This document shows positions 27,359 through 35,528 of a stretch of DNA of 48,415 nucleotides, in pieces. The DNA is taken from IMG/VR virus record IMGVR_UViG_3300045988_036789, positions 1 to 48,415 of that record. One strand, 5' to 3'. The DNA is from a virus. Each line of letters begins with the position of its first letter. Within the stretch, counting starts at the first letter, position 1. Position numbers and translations under genes: made by a program. Under the pieces are notes generated by a model. It saw only the letters and a program-made list of their open reading frames with translations, was not told where the DNA came from and ran no database searches.

Positions 27359-27465
27359 TGCGGCAGGCTGGATTTGAACCAGCGACATCATAGACACGGA
27401 CTGACAACGGCTGCTGCCGTTTTATTTCACCGTGCCCGTCCCTCTACCAGCTGGGGTACTGCCGC
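27359..27465 (-). ncRNA. tRNA-like RNA gene, non-canonical (107 nt)
   Basis: Perfect 7-bp acceptor stem GCGGCAG/CTGCCGC plus discriminator A. D-loop AGCTGGTA. T-arm GCTGG-TTCAAAT-CCAGC. The anticodon position is replaced by a 44-nt extended arm with no 7-nt anticodon loop. Confidence 0.55.
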
Positions 27466-27492
27466 CCGTTTCCGGGCGCTTGTCCCGGTCTT

Positions 27493-27699
27493 TTACGCTT
27501 CTACTGTTTCACTGCCTGTGAAAAATACTTCTCTGCTTCCCCAGTCGTGAACTTTCGCCCGCTTTTCTTCTCTGCGGTTTTCGTTGTATCTTCCGGCGTG
27601 GTGTATTGCTGCGTATGTGACAGTTTTTGCAGTTCTTTTTGTGATTTCAAATACAACTGCGCTTTCTCCGTATCTCTTGCCAACTTCAAATGTTCTCAT
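27493..27699 (-). CDS. hypothetical protein (68 aa)
   Basis: GGAGGT RBS; first gene downstream of promoter module A. Confidence 0.55.
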   Translation of the reverse strand: MRTFEVGKRYGESAVVFEITKRTAKTVTYAAIHHAGRYNENRREEKRAKVHDWGSREVFFTGSETVEA

Positions 27700-27739
27700 G
27701 TTTTATACCTCCGTTTGCTTTACTTCTTTAACTGTCTTT

Positions 27740-27768
27740 ATTATATACTTACGGAAGTATAAAGTCTA
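27740..27768 (-). promoter_or_regulatory. promoter module A (-35 TAGACT, 17 nt, -10 TATAAT) with embedded palindromic operator
   Basis: The spacer carries TATACTTCCGTAAGTATA (27744..27761). The module is near-identical to those at 41164..41192 and 42178..42206. Confidence 0.55.
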
Positions 27769-27835
27769 TTGACATTCTGCACAATCTTACGGAAGTATAT
27801 TTGTATATTTTGTATACTTCCGTAAGTATTTGTTA

Positions 27836-28132
27836 TTATCTGCCACGGCGTTTCAGTTCGTCTGCAAATTCTCTGACCGGAACTTTCACGGTCAACGGTT
27901 CGTACTTCCCGCAGCCGTCCAGTTCATACAAGAACTGTGTTTCGCCTTTTTTCAGATAGTGAAGCGTTGCAATGTCTGTGACCTTATGCAGTGCAACTGC
28001 TGCCGTTGTAATCACCGTGCAGCCCTGTGGCAAATAAAGTGCTTCTTTTGTTTCTCCGTCCTTTGCTGCCTTGATTGCTACTGTGTCCCCAATTTCTAAC
28101 GGACACACCGCCTTGAAAAATTCTGCTTTCAT
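27836..28132 (-). CDS. hypothetical protein (98 aa)
   Basis: Inner start MKAEFFKAVC; ATGA overlap with the upstream small ORF. Confidence 0.5.
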   Translation of the reverse strand: MKAEFFKAVCPLEIGDTVAIKAAKDGETKEALYLPQGCTVITTAAVALHKVTDIATLHYLKKGETQFLYELDGCGKYEPLTVKVPVREFADELKRRGR

Positions 28133-28293
28133 TCCTCTTTGTCCTCCTGTTCGTGCTTCTCTCTGTTCTGTCTTCTTACCTCCCAGCCAACTTCTCTGAC
28201 TACTACAAAGACCAGATATAAAATGCCCAGCCCTACGCATACCGCAAAGAATGTTACCAGTGCTTTTACAACATCAATCAGAAATGCAATCAT
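28129..28293 (-). CDS. small membrane protein (54 aa, not in the ORF track)
   Basis: Own translation MIAFLIDVVKALVTFFAVCVGLGILYLVFVVVREVGW... after GGGAGGGAAAG. Confidence 0.4.
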   Translation of the reverse strand: MIAFLIDVVKALVTFFAVCVGLGILYLVFVVVREVGWEVRRQNREKHEQEDKEE

Positions 28294-28477
28294 TGTTCTT
28301 TCCCTCCCTCATTTTCTGTTTCGCCCAGCCAATAGCCCGGCTGCTTGCGTTTATCTGGTGTAGCTGGCGTATTCTGATATTGTTCGTCTTTTCTTCTTCC
28401 TCTGCCTGCTGCCGTTCCAACTGTCTGCGGTAAAGCAATTCTTTTCCGCTGTAATACTTCCGTTTCTTTTTCGCCAT
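28274..28477 (-). CDS. hypothetical basic protein (67 aa)
   Basis: ORF track. Confidence 0.4.
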   Translation of the reverse strand: MAKKKRKYYSGKELLYRRQLERQQAEEEEKTNNIRIRQLHQINASSRAIGWAKQKMREGKNNDCISD

Positions 28478-28479
28478 CT

Positions 28480-28740
28480 TTATTCCTCCGTAGCTAACAC
28501 GTTCAAGATTTTTTCAACTGCCTTGTCCCAGAAGATATTTGCAAATTCTTCTACATTGCAAACCTCGTCACCGTCCCAGTCAACAACCATTGCGTCGTCA
28601 CACTGGCACAACTCGCAGCCACTTTCTTTCAGTGCTTCATTTGCAATCTCTGTTACCACTTCTTGTGTTGCTGCGTAATCGCAACCACGGTTCAAAATGT
28701 CTTCCAGATTTTCCATTGTCTTTTTAGATATTTTCGCCAT
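28480..28740 (-). CDS. hypothetical acidic protein (86 aa)
   Basis: ORF track; tightly packed. Confidence 0.55.
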   Translation of the reverse strand: MAKISKKTMENLEDILNRGCDYAATQEVVTEIANEALKESGCELCQCDDAMVVDWDGDEVCNVEEFANIFWDKAVEKILNVLATEE

Positions 28741-28751
28741 CTTTATTCCTC

Positions 28752-29312
28752 CTAAAAGTATTTGCGCTTGTATCTGCTGCCCTTGCTTGACTGTTTGCGT
28801 CGCTGGCGCTGTTTTCTTCTCTTCTGGTACTGGGCGTCTTCTGCTGCTGCCACCTGCCTTTTGACTGCTTCGTGGTCTATGTTGTTCACCTCTTCTTGCA
28901 GGACTTCCAGCACTTCAACTTCACTGTCCTTGAAAGTGAATGTCATACCGGGGTCATACTCACCACTTGTCCAGTCTTTCTGGAACTTCTCAAAATTATC
29001 TCTGTATCTATACGGTGCCTGTGGGTGGTACTGTTCGGCTTCATATATGCCCAGCATAACTTCTTTGTCGTCCTTGTCGTCCCAGTTGTAAAGGTGCCAG
29101 CTTTCGTGGTTGTCCCAGTTCCACTTTGACAAATACAACACTATTCCGTCAAAGTAGTTGCCCTCACGCACCATGCCTTTCATTTGCTTGCAGGTGAAGC
29201 CCTGCCCCTTTAATTCCTCTTTGATTTTTTCATAGTCCCTGCCGCCAGTATGTAATCTTGCTTTTACCACTAACGGCAAATACTGTGGCTGTTTATCTTC
29301 TTTTCTTGCCAT
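28752..29312 (-). CDS. hypothetical protein with basic C-terminal tail
   Basis: Inner start MARKEDKQ. Confidence 0.55.
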   Translation of the reverse strand: MARKEDKQPQYLPLVVKARLHTGGRDYEKIKEELKGQGFTCKQMKGMVREGNYFDGIVLYLSKWNWDNHESWHLYNWDDKDDKEVMLGIYEAEQYHPQAPYRYRDNFEKFQKDWTSGEYDPGMTFTFKDSEVEVLEVLQEEVNNIDHEAVKRQVAAAEDAQYQKRRKQRQRRKQSSKGSRYKRKYF

Positions 29313-29544
29313 TGCTTGTCCTTTCCAGTCTGTCTGCAATCCTCAATATGCTTTCCATTGACTTTCTAATGTTTGTGTCTGTGCCCTCTGTGATTTTCAG
29401 CACGTCTGCTATGTCCCGCAGTTCTTGTGCCATTTCTTCTGTTTCCCCGGTTACAATGTCATATTTATTGCGGCAGGCGGTGCAGACCTGCGAACCCTCC
29501 GGGATAACTTCACCGCATATCAAGCAGCGGTCAACGCCGTTCAT
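29293..29544 (-). CDS. zinc-ribbon protein (83 aa)
   Basis: CLICGE...CTAC motif. Confidence 0.55.
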   Translation of the reverse strand: MNGVDRCLICGEVIPEGSQVCTACRNKYDIVTGETEEMAQELRDIADVLKITEGTDTNIRKSMESILRIADRLERTSNGKKRR

Positions 29545-29837
29545 TCTTCCCAGCTTTCGTATTTCTTCACACGCCTTGTCAAGTTCTGCACCTGCTCAAC
29601 AAGGTTTGCAACCTCATGTGGTGACAATCCGGTTTGTTCATAGTCATACAGCTTCTTTGCGGCTTGATTGACTGTGACGTGCGGTTTCAATACTGCTTTC
29701 TGTCCGTTCTGGCTGTATTCTGTCAGCGTCGTTCTTTTCTGTCGCTTCCGTGGCTCCTGCTGCTTAAATGCTCCGGCACGCTTCATGGTGCTGTAATATG
29801 GCACCGTCTTTTTCAATGTGTGGTCCATGTAACCCAT
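29541..29837 (-). CDS. hypothetical protein (98 aa)
   Basis: Start MGYMDHTL overlaps the VRR-NUC stop (TAATG). Confidence 0.5.
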   Translation of the reverse strand: MGYMDHTLKKTVPYYSTMKRAGAFKQQEPRKRQKRTTLTEYSQNGQKAVLKPHVTVNQAAKKLYDYEQTGLSPHEVANLVEQVQNLTRRVKKYESWEE

Positions 29838-30241
29838 TACAATTCCACCTTTCTTCCCGTCTGCTCCATAACTCCCAGATAACCTGCTATTGTGTCCATT
29901 GCTTCTTCCGCTGACCAGCAAACCGCCGTTTCATATCCCTGCTGCCGTAGCTGTTCCAGCCACCAGTCCTGCTTCTCTGTGGTCTTGTTATTCTGCCACT
30001 TCATTTCCACATACAGCCCGTGTTTGCCGTTTCTTGCCACTGGCAAGCATAAGTCCGGCACACCAGCTTTCACGCCCTGCCTTTTAAGGTTCGCCGCTTC
30101 CAGCTGGTTTCTGCTGCCGCCGTTCGGTATGTGGTGCAGCAATTCCAATTCCGGGAAGTCCTTTGCATAGAACCTCGCCCAGTTTATAACTCTTTCCTGC
30201 TCTGTGGCTTCACTGCGCTTTCTGTAATATCCTCTACTCAT
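29837..30241 (-). CDS. VRR-NUC domain nuclease
   Basis: PD-(D/E)xK-type GVPDLCL...LYVEMKW with the surrounding VRR-NUC pattern. Confidence 0.7.
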   Translation of the reverse strand: MSRGYYRKRSEATEQERVINWARFYAKDFPELELLHHIPNGGSRNQLEAANLKRQGVKAGVPDLCLPVARNGKHGLYVEMKWQNNKTTEKQDWWLEQLRQQGYETAVCWSAEEAMDTIAGYLGVMEQTGRKVEL

Positions 30242-30848
30242 TGGCGTTTGTCCTTTCGTCAAGGTGTGTTGCCATCATGTCTGCAATGTGAAGCATGGCT
30301 GCAAGCCTGCTGCCTGCAAAAGCATTGTTCATATCATAGCTGCCGCCCTTTACTGAATAATCAAAAGCGCCCATGTGCCATCTGATAGCCAGCATTTCTT
30401 CTTCCGTAAGCTGCATATATCGCATAATCTGGATAATTGACTTTTCACCGTGTCCCAGCGGCAGGCTGTTTGTATATCCGTATACCTCAACTTCTTTCCA
30501 GCTTCCGTCTTTCTGCTTCTGGTTCTTCTTTTCCACCTTGTAGGCGTCAACCTTGCAAACATCATGCAGAAGCGCTGCAACTGCGATTGTGTCCACTGTG
30601 TATTCCGGGTACGTTCTGCCCTGTCTTTTGTCCTCTGTGTCTGCCAGCTGAACCAATCTTCGGTATACATGGTTTGTATGCTCTACCAGACCGCCTGCGT
30701 AGGCTCCGTGATACTTTGTGCTTGCCGGGGCTGTGAAAAATCCTGCTTCTTCCAGCCAAGCAAGTAGTTTATCTGCTCCCGGTCTGCTTATGTATGAAAA
30801 GTAATTCTTGAACTTCTCAACCTCTGCCATTCTCTGTGCTTCATTCAT
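30234..30848 (-). CDS. HD-domain phosphohydrolase
   Basis: KYHGAYAGGLVEHT...ALLHDVCK...LGHGEKS. Inner start MNEAQR after CAGGAGGAAAAG. Confidence 0.75.
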   Translation of the reverse strand: MNEAQRMAEVEKFKNYFSYISRPGADKLLAWLEEAGFFTAPASTKYHGAYAGGLVEHTNHVYRRLVQLADTEDKRQGRTYPEYTVDTIAVAALLHDVCKVDAYKVEKKNQKQKDGSWKEVEVYGYTNSLPLGHGEKSIIQIMRYMQLTEEEMLAIRWHMGAFDYSVKGGSYDMNNAFAGSRLAAMLHIADMMATHLDERTNANE

Positions 30849-31209
30849 TGTCTTTTCCTCCTGTGGTTTCTTCCCGGCTGTCCACCAGATATATTTTGCC
30901 GTCCTGCTCATACAGCATGACTTTTCCTTTCAGTGCCGCCAGCGTCATTTCTGCTTTCATTCCGTCTGATACGCCGTATTTGTTGCCAATCAGAATGTAT
31001 TTGCAGTTTTCAAGTATCTTCATTCCCGCTGTCATGCCCCGGCTTCTTTCTTCCGGGTTCTGGTCGTCTGTAACTTCCGTCAAGTATAAATGCACCGTGA
31101 CCGGGACAAAGCCATTGTTTATGGCTGCCCTTGTCAACTTCCGTGCATATTCCTTGTTGCGCTTCGTGTCGCCCCGGTACGGGCTGCACACATATAACAA
31201 ATCATTCAC
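30841..31209 (-). CDS. DUF4406-like (nucleoside 2-deoxyribosyltransferase-fold) protein
   Basis: LYVCSPYRGD...VPVTVHLY pattern. Tentative. Confidence 0.45.
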   Translation of the reverse strand: MNDLLYVCSPYRGDTKRNKEYARKLTRAAINNGFVPVTVHLYLTEVTDDQNPEERSRGMTAGMKILENCKYILIGNKYGVSDGMKAEMTLAALKGKVMLYEQDGKIYLVDSREETTGGKDNE

Positions 31210-31222
31210 CCGCCGTCACCTC

Positions 31223-31507
31223 CTAATCTTCCAGCGTCAGTTCTTCACCTGCTGCCGCTGGTTCTTCTTCTCGCTTCCATTCGTCCAAATCCAGAAGCGT
31301 TCCGCATTTACTGCAATAATTGAAATCACGGGACACATGGAAGTAATAGCCGTCTTCCCGGTCTTTCCGCAAATCCTTGTCATACGCTGAAAACAAATGC
31401 TTTCCGCATACCGGGCAATAGTAGCTGTTCAAATATCCCAGCTGCCCCGGCAATGTGGGGTATTCGCTCTTCTGCGCTTTCGGCTTTCTGGGTTTCCTTG
31501 TTGCCAT
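31223..31507 (-). CDS. zinc-ribbon protein (94 aa)
   Basis: CPVCGK...CSKCG. Confidence 0.55.
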   Translation of the reverse strand: MATRKPRKPKAQKSEYPTLPGQLGYLNSYYCPVCGKHLFSAYDKDLRKDREDGYYFHVSRDFNYCSKCGTLLDLDEWKREEEPAAAGEELTLED

Positions 31508-31510
31508 GCG

Positions 31511-31897
31511 CTACACCTCCATTGCTGCTTTTTCAAGCTGCCTTTGCAGGTCTTCAAACTGCTGCTGCAAGCCTTTTGTATTTTTATATGTGCTGCACGT
31601 TTCGCATTCCGGTTCTTGCAAAAGAACTTGTCTGCACATTTCACACGTTTTTTGTTCTTCATTTAGGCTGTATACAATCAGTGCCATTCTGAAGCTGATA
31701 CCCCAGAATTTTTTCAAGTCAATTCTGCTTATGTCTACCGGAACTGCTGCCCGGTTCACTTCTTCGTCTGTAATGCCATAGCGCCTTTTTAATGCTTCAT
31801 ACATCTGCTGCGCTGTCTGCTGTTCTCCACCTATGCCACGTTCTGCCAGTGCTTTGATTTTCACCAGCTTTGCAATTATTTTCTGTCTATCTTCCAT
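31511..31897 (-). CDS. DUF2786-like protein
   Basis: N-terminus KIIAKLVKIKALAERGIGGEQQTAQQMYEAL; a paralogue of the 32470 gene. Confidence 0.55.
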   Translation of the reverse strand: MEDRQKIIAKLVKIKALAERGIGGEQQTAQQMYEALKRRYGITDEEVNRAAVPVDISRIDLKKFWGISFRMALIVYSLNEEQKTCEMCRQVLLQEPECETCSTYKNTKGLQQQFEDLQRQLEKAAMEV

Positions 31898-32232
31898 CAG
31901 TCTTCTTCCTCCGGTTCTCCTATCAGTGCCCGTGGCGGCTGGTTTCCGTCCATGAAGCCCGCAAAGAAAGCAGCCTTTTTCAACATTCTTTTTTCTTCGT
32001 CTGTTCTTTCCCGTTCTTCTCCTTTATGCTCTTGATAGCAACGGGCGTTTTCGTCCGGGAATAGGTTGTTTTTGAACTTAAAGCCTGCCATGAACGCTTC
32101 CATTTCCCGTTTTAGTTCCTCTTTGTAGAAATTGAAATATAGTGTGATTTCTGCTGCTTCAACCTCTGTGCAGTCGCAGCCACGCTTTTTTTCTGCGGCT
32201 ATAACTTCCGGTGTATCTGTGATAGCTGGCAC
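31897..32232 (-). CDS. C-terminal part of a split DUF2786-family gene
   Basis: Overlaps 32159..32470 in the +1 frame; the frames meet at an A7 run (32192..32186). Confidence 0.45.
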   Translation of the reverse strand: MPAITDTPEVIAAEKKRGCDCTEVEAAEITLYFNFYKEELKREMEAFMAGFKFKNNLFPDENARCYQEHKGEERERTDEEKRMLKKAAFFAGFMDGNQPPRALIGEPEEED

Positions 32233-32470
32233 TTCCTGTCACCATGAAGAAAATCTGCGTCAGCAGGTCTTCTTCTAAATCGTTCTTGTAGCTGAACCAG
32301 TGCAGCGTCACTTCGTCCAGTGTTATTTCTTCGTCTTCAATTTCGTATCTGGCTTTTAATTCCTCGTACATACGCATTGCGGTTTCTTTCTCTCCACCTA
32401 CGCCACGTTCTGCAATGGCTTTTATCTTTGCCAGCTTTGCTTTGATTTTGTCATGTTGTATCTGGTCCAT
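32159..32470 (-). CDS. N-terminal part of a split DUF2786-family gene
   Basis: KIKAKLAKIKAIAERGVGGEKETAMRMYEEL. Terminates 8 codons after the A7 run. Confidence 0.5.
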   Translation of the reverse strand: MDQIQHDKIKAKLAKIKAIAERGVGGEKETAMRMYEELKARYEIEDEEITLDEVTLHWFSYKNDLEEDLLTQIFFMVTGSASYHRYTGSYSRRKKAWLRLHRG

Positions 32471-32474
32471 GTTC

Positions 32475-32876
32475 TCACCTCATATACTGCCACGACTGCG
32501 GCGCCCTTTTAATTCCCAGTTCTTCCAGTGCCACTGCCCGTGGGTACTCTTTCACGTCTGCGACTTCCCAGCCGTAAACCTTGTTGTGGCTCCCTGCTGC
32601 ATAATTGTGAATATCATGTGCAGGAACCTTGCTTTTCTTCTCTGCTTCTTCAAAGTTCTTGATTTGTAAAACCTCCGGGCAAATAAATTCACCCAGCACC
32701 CCGGCACCGCCTGTCACGTATACCAGCACCCGGAACGGTGCTTTGCATTGTGGCTTTGTCTTCCGCAGTTCCAGAACCTTTTCACCCGCTGCCATTTTTT
32801 GCCACCATTTCTGGTGCAGTGATAATATGACCACTGGCATTTCTTCCAGTTCTGGTGGTTCCCATTGCTGCTTCAT
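32475..32876 (-). CDS. ASCH domain protein
   Basis: ILSLHQKWWQKMAAGEKVLELRK...VLVYVTGG pattern. Confidence 0.65.
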   Translation of the reverse strand: MKQQWEPPELEEMPVVILSLHQKWWQKMAAGEKVLELRKTKPQCKAPFRVLVYVTGGAGVLGEFICPEVLQIKNFEEAEKKSKVPAHDIHNYAAGSHNKVYGWEVADVKEYPRAVALEELGIKRAPQSWQYMR

Positions 32877-32888
32877 GCTCTTTTCCTC

Positions 32889-33188
32889 CTAAATCTTCAA
32901 TACCTGTCCCGGATATATCAAATCCGGGTTCTTAATGCCGTTTTTGTGTGCCAGTGCATAGCAGTCGGCACCGTTTCCGTAAAACCTCTGTGCAATCTTC
33001 CAAAGGCTGTCACCTTTTTGCACTGTGTATTCTTTCCGGTCTGTCTGGTTTCTTCCTACAACCTCTGGCGGTTCCTCTGGTTTGTAGTAGAACGCTTCTG
33101 CTACTGACCCGCAATACTGGCACCGTTCGCCCAGCTTTACTTCTGCCCCGCAAAATTTACACTTCATGTGCTGTCCCTCACTGTTCAA
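32889..33188 (-). CDS. zinc-ribbon plus LysM domain protein
   Basis: CKFCGA...CQYCG, then YTVQKGDSLWKIAQRFYG...IKNPDLIYPGQVLKI. Confidence 0.7.
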   Translation of the reverse strand: MNSEGQHMKCKFCGAEVKLGERCQYCGSVAEAFYYKPEEPPEVVGRNQTDRKEYTVQKGDSLWKIAQRFYGNGADCYALAHKNGIKNPDLIYPGQVLKI

Positions 33189-33507
33189 ATTCGCTTTTCA
33201 GTTCAATTCTGATATACAGAATGTGTTGCAGGTCTTCCACCCGGTATTGTGTGAATTGTTCAACTGGCACCTGCTCCGGCAGGCTGTCTGTTTTCTCCCA
33301 ATCCCACATTTGTTCCGTGGCTCTGTATGTTTCCATGCCAAGCCCCATTTTCTTAATGCGTCGCTGCGGGTTCAATGTTCCATGCACTGCGTTTGCAGCA
33401 TATCCACGGTATACAACCTGTCTGGCTGCGTTATATATCACCACTCTGTCACTGGGCGTCAGCTTGTCCATAATGTCACCCAGTCTGATTTCATTTTCCA
33501 TCACCAT
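33178..33507 (-). CDS. hypothetical protein (109 aa)
   Basis: ORF track. Confidence 0.5.
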   Translation of the reverse strand: MVMENEIRLGDIMDKLTPSDRVVIYNAARQVVYRGYAANAVHGTLNPQRRIKKMGLGMETYRATEQMWDWEKTDSLPEQVPVEQFTQYRVEDLQHILYIRIELKSEFEQ

Positions 33508-34244
33508 TCACCCCTCATTCTTCTTTCAATTCTTTCTTTCGCCTGCTGCACCTCTCTTGAATACTCTGTTTCTGTCAATCCTTTGTTCCATACGTGTTCA
33601 TAAGCACCAGTAACACCGTAGTTGTAGGCTGTCAGCACTTCTGCTTCTGTGTCGAACCTCTCTTGCAGTTCTGCCAGATAATCTACACCGACAAGCACGT
33701 TGAAATATGGATTTTCCATATTATCGACATTCAGCCTGCGCATACGCTCTTTGTGCCACTTCGGCAATACCTGCATATATCCGGTTGACCCCTCTTTGCA
33801 GCTTGCGTCCCATCTGTACCCGCTTTCTATCTCGATAATTGCCAGCACCAGCGTATACTCAACGCCATACTGCTTGCAGATTATGTATGTGTACTGCTGC
33901 ATACATTCCGGTAAATACCCGCCGTTGTCTGCGTAGTCCTCCGGCACTTCATAGCGTGTCCAGCCGTCCAGTGCTTCCCCGTCCCAGTCAAATGACATAA
34001 GGTTGAACGGGTACGCTTCCGCTTCTTCTGTGGTGCTTCCTGTCGGCTGTGTGGTCTGTACTGGTTCCGGTGTGTTCTTCGGCAGTGTGCTTGCTGTCGG
34101 CTTTACTGCCGCACCTACCACAGCCACGCACACAATGAATACCAGCACGCCTGCTGCAATGTAATTTCCGTATGCCTTAATTGCTCTTTTTATCCTCTTA
34201 CGCCTTAATATCCTGCGCAGCCTTGTTTTTCTTCCTGTTTCCAC
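33501..34244 (-). CDS. membrane-anchored lytic transglycosylase (SLT domain)
   Basis: N-terminal TM segment; AIIEIESGYRWDASCKEGSTGYMQV is the catalytic E-S ... GYMQ motif. Confidence 0.75.
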   Translation of the reverse strand: METGRKTRLRRILRRKRIKRAIKAYGNYIAAGVLVFIVCVAVVGAAVKPTASTLPKNTPEPVQTTQPTGSTTEEAEAYPFNLMSFDWDGEALDGWTRYEVPEDYADNGGYLPECMQQYTYIICKQYGVEYTLVLAIIEIESGYRWDASCKEGSTGYMQVLPKWHKERMRRLNVDNMENPYFNVLVGVDYLAELQERFDTEAEVLTAYNYGVTGAYEHVWNKGLTETEYSREVQQAKERIERRMRGEW

Positions 34245-35253
34245 TTCGTTTTCCTCCTTGTCCTGCCTTTTTTGGCTCTTTTTTCCACATTTTCAAGTAA
34301 ATATGCCACCCGGTCTGTTCATAAAAGACCGCTTCACATGACACAATGTTGTAATTGCTATATATCTTTCTGAACTCTTCCAGCCCTGCGTCCGGTGATT
34401 TTGCCAGCTGTTCCACTTTTCTTTTGCTGTACTTAAAATCATTGCACTTTTCTTCCGGTGCGTTCAGATTTCGGCTGTATTTCCAGTGGTTCTGGTCACG
34501 CTGCTGTTTCTCCCCGCTGTCCTCTCTGGTTGTTTCCGGGCGGTCAAGGTTTCTGCTGCTGGAATAGCGTTTCTTTCCCTGCGGGTCCTTGACAATATAC
34601 TTGCAAAGTCCCTCTATTCCGTTTTCATTCATTTGCAGGCGGTCTGCGTTCACCCAGCCCATCTGCTTTATACTGGCTCTGTATTCCGGGTCTTTTGTCT
34701 TTTTCCAGTTAATGCGGTCTTTTGTCCACATTAGTTCCACGTCGTCACGGTCAAGCCCGCCATTCATAATGATGTGGTGATGTATACGCTTTAGGCACTG
34801 CCCGTCCTTGCTGTATTTGTATTCTGTTACCAGTATGTATTTAAGGGGTTCAAGCCCCAGTTTATTTCTGCGGTACGCTATGCGGCGCAGGTAGTTTGTC
34901 ACTATCTTTTCTGCTTCTTCGACTGTTTCCGGCAGGTTCTCTGCGTCATAGGTGCATGACGTGTGCAGGTCCCCTATGTGGAAGTTGCCATTTCCCAGCT
35001 GCACCAGATACCGTTTGGCGTTCTTGTCGTTAAGGTCTTTTTGCTTTGGGGCATTGACTTTTCTTTTCTTACCCCTCTTCCCTCTGGCTGCCTGCTCTGC
35101 TGCTTCTGTTCGTGGTATTATGTCCACTTCTCTATAATTGGCACAGTCTGTCTTCTTCTCTCTGATAAACACCACTGCACTTCCTTTTCTGTCTGATACC
35201 TTTTTCAGCGTATAAGGGTACACCAGAAGTGGGGTGGTTCTATCCTCCATCAA
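34198..35253 (-). CDS. rolling-circle replication initiator (HUH endonuclease, P2 gpA-like role)
   Basis: LHTSCTYD (motif 1-like), RIHHHIIMNG (HUH), GLCKYIVKD (catalytic Tyr motif). Confidence 0.6.
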   Translation of the reverse strand: MMEDRTTPLLVYPYTLKKVSDRKGSAVVFIREKKTDCANYREVDIIPRTEAAEQAARGKRGKKRKVNAPKQKDLNDKNAKRYLVQLGNGNFHIGDLHTSCTYDAENLPETVEEAEKIVTNYLRRIAYRRNKLGLEPLKYILVTEYKYSKDGQCLKRIHHHIIMNGGLDRDDVELMWTKDRINWKKTKDPEYRASIKQMGWVNADRLQMNENGIEGLCKYIVKDPQGKKRYSSSRNLDRPETTREDSGEKQQRDQNHWKYSRNLNAPEEKCNDFKYSKRKVEQLAKSPDAGLEEFRKIYSNYNIVSCEAVFYEQTGWHIYLKMWKKEPKKAGQGGKRSGNRKKNKAAQDIKA

Positions 35254-35378
35254 TCCTGTTTATTATCCATACAGCGTATATATATTTATATATTTCGTAG
35301 GAATGTTAATACCCCATACAAGCCCGTTTAGCAGGGATAAAACCCGCTATTTTCAAGGACTTTTCAGCCCTAAAATGT

Positions 35379-35407
35379 TTGACTTGTAACCGCCAATATG
35401 GTATAAT
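35379..35407 (+). promoter_or_regulatory. near-consensus orphan promoter (TTGACT, 17 nt, TGgTATAAT)
   Basis: -35 at 35379..35384, extended -10 at 35399..35407. No plus-strand CDS downstream. Confidence 0.5.
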
Positions 35408-35442
35408 AAACATGTATTGAATTATTAACATATTGACTTTTG

Positions 35443-35488
35443 AAAAGCCTTTGATTTTGTGTTTCCGGCACAGCTTCAAAGGCTTTTT
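35443..35488. terminator. bidirectional intrinsic terminator
   Basis: AAAAGCCTTTGA-21 nt-TCAAAGGCTTTT, with A/T tracts on both sides. Lies 41 nt past the stop of the DGR target 1 gene. Confidence 0.6.
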
Positions 35489-35528
35489 GCTTGCCATTTT
35501 TCTTTGTTCAATTTAGAACGTCTGTTTG

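Noticed and set aside
27359-27465. Calling this a standard tRNA with an assigned anticodon.
   Set aside because: There are 56 nt between the D and T arms, and no 7-nt loop with U33 can be produced by removing any single insert. It is reported only as a tRNA-like RNA.
27744-27826. The CTTACGGAAGTATA repeats could be a CRISPR array or MITE.
   Set aside because: The copies are 14-18 bp, in mixed orientation, irregularly spaced and scattered over four loci. They sit exactly in promoter spacers. There are no cas genes and no regular repeat-spacer structure.
35306-35497. Minus-strand ORF (63 aa) in the rep / DGR-target intergenic region.
   Set aside because: It has no RBS and overlaps a strong plus-strand promoter and the bidirectional terminator. 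The sequence looks non-coding.
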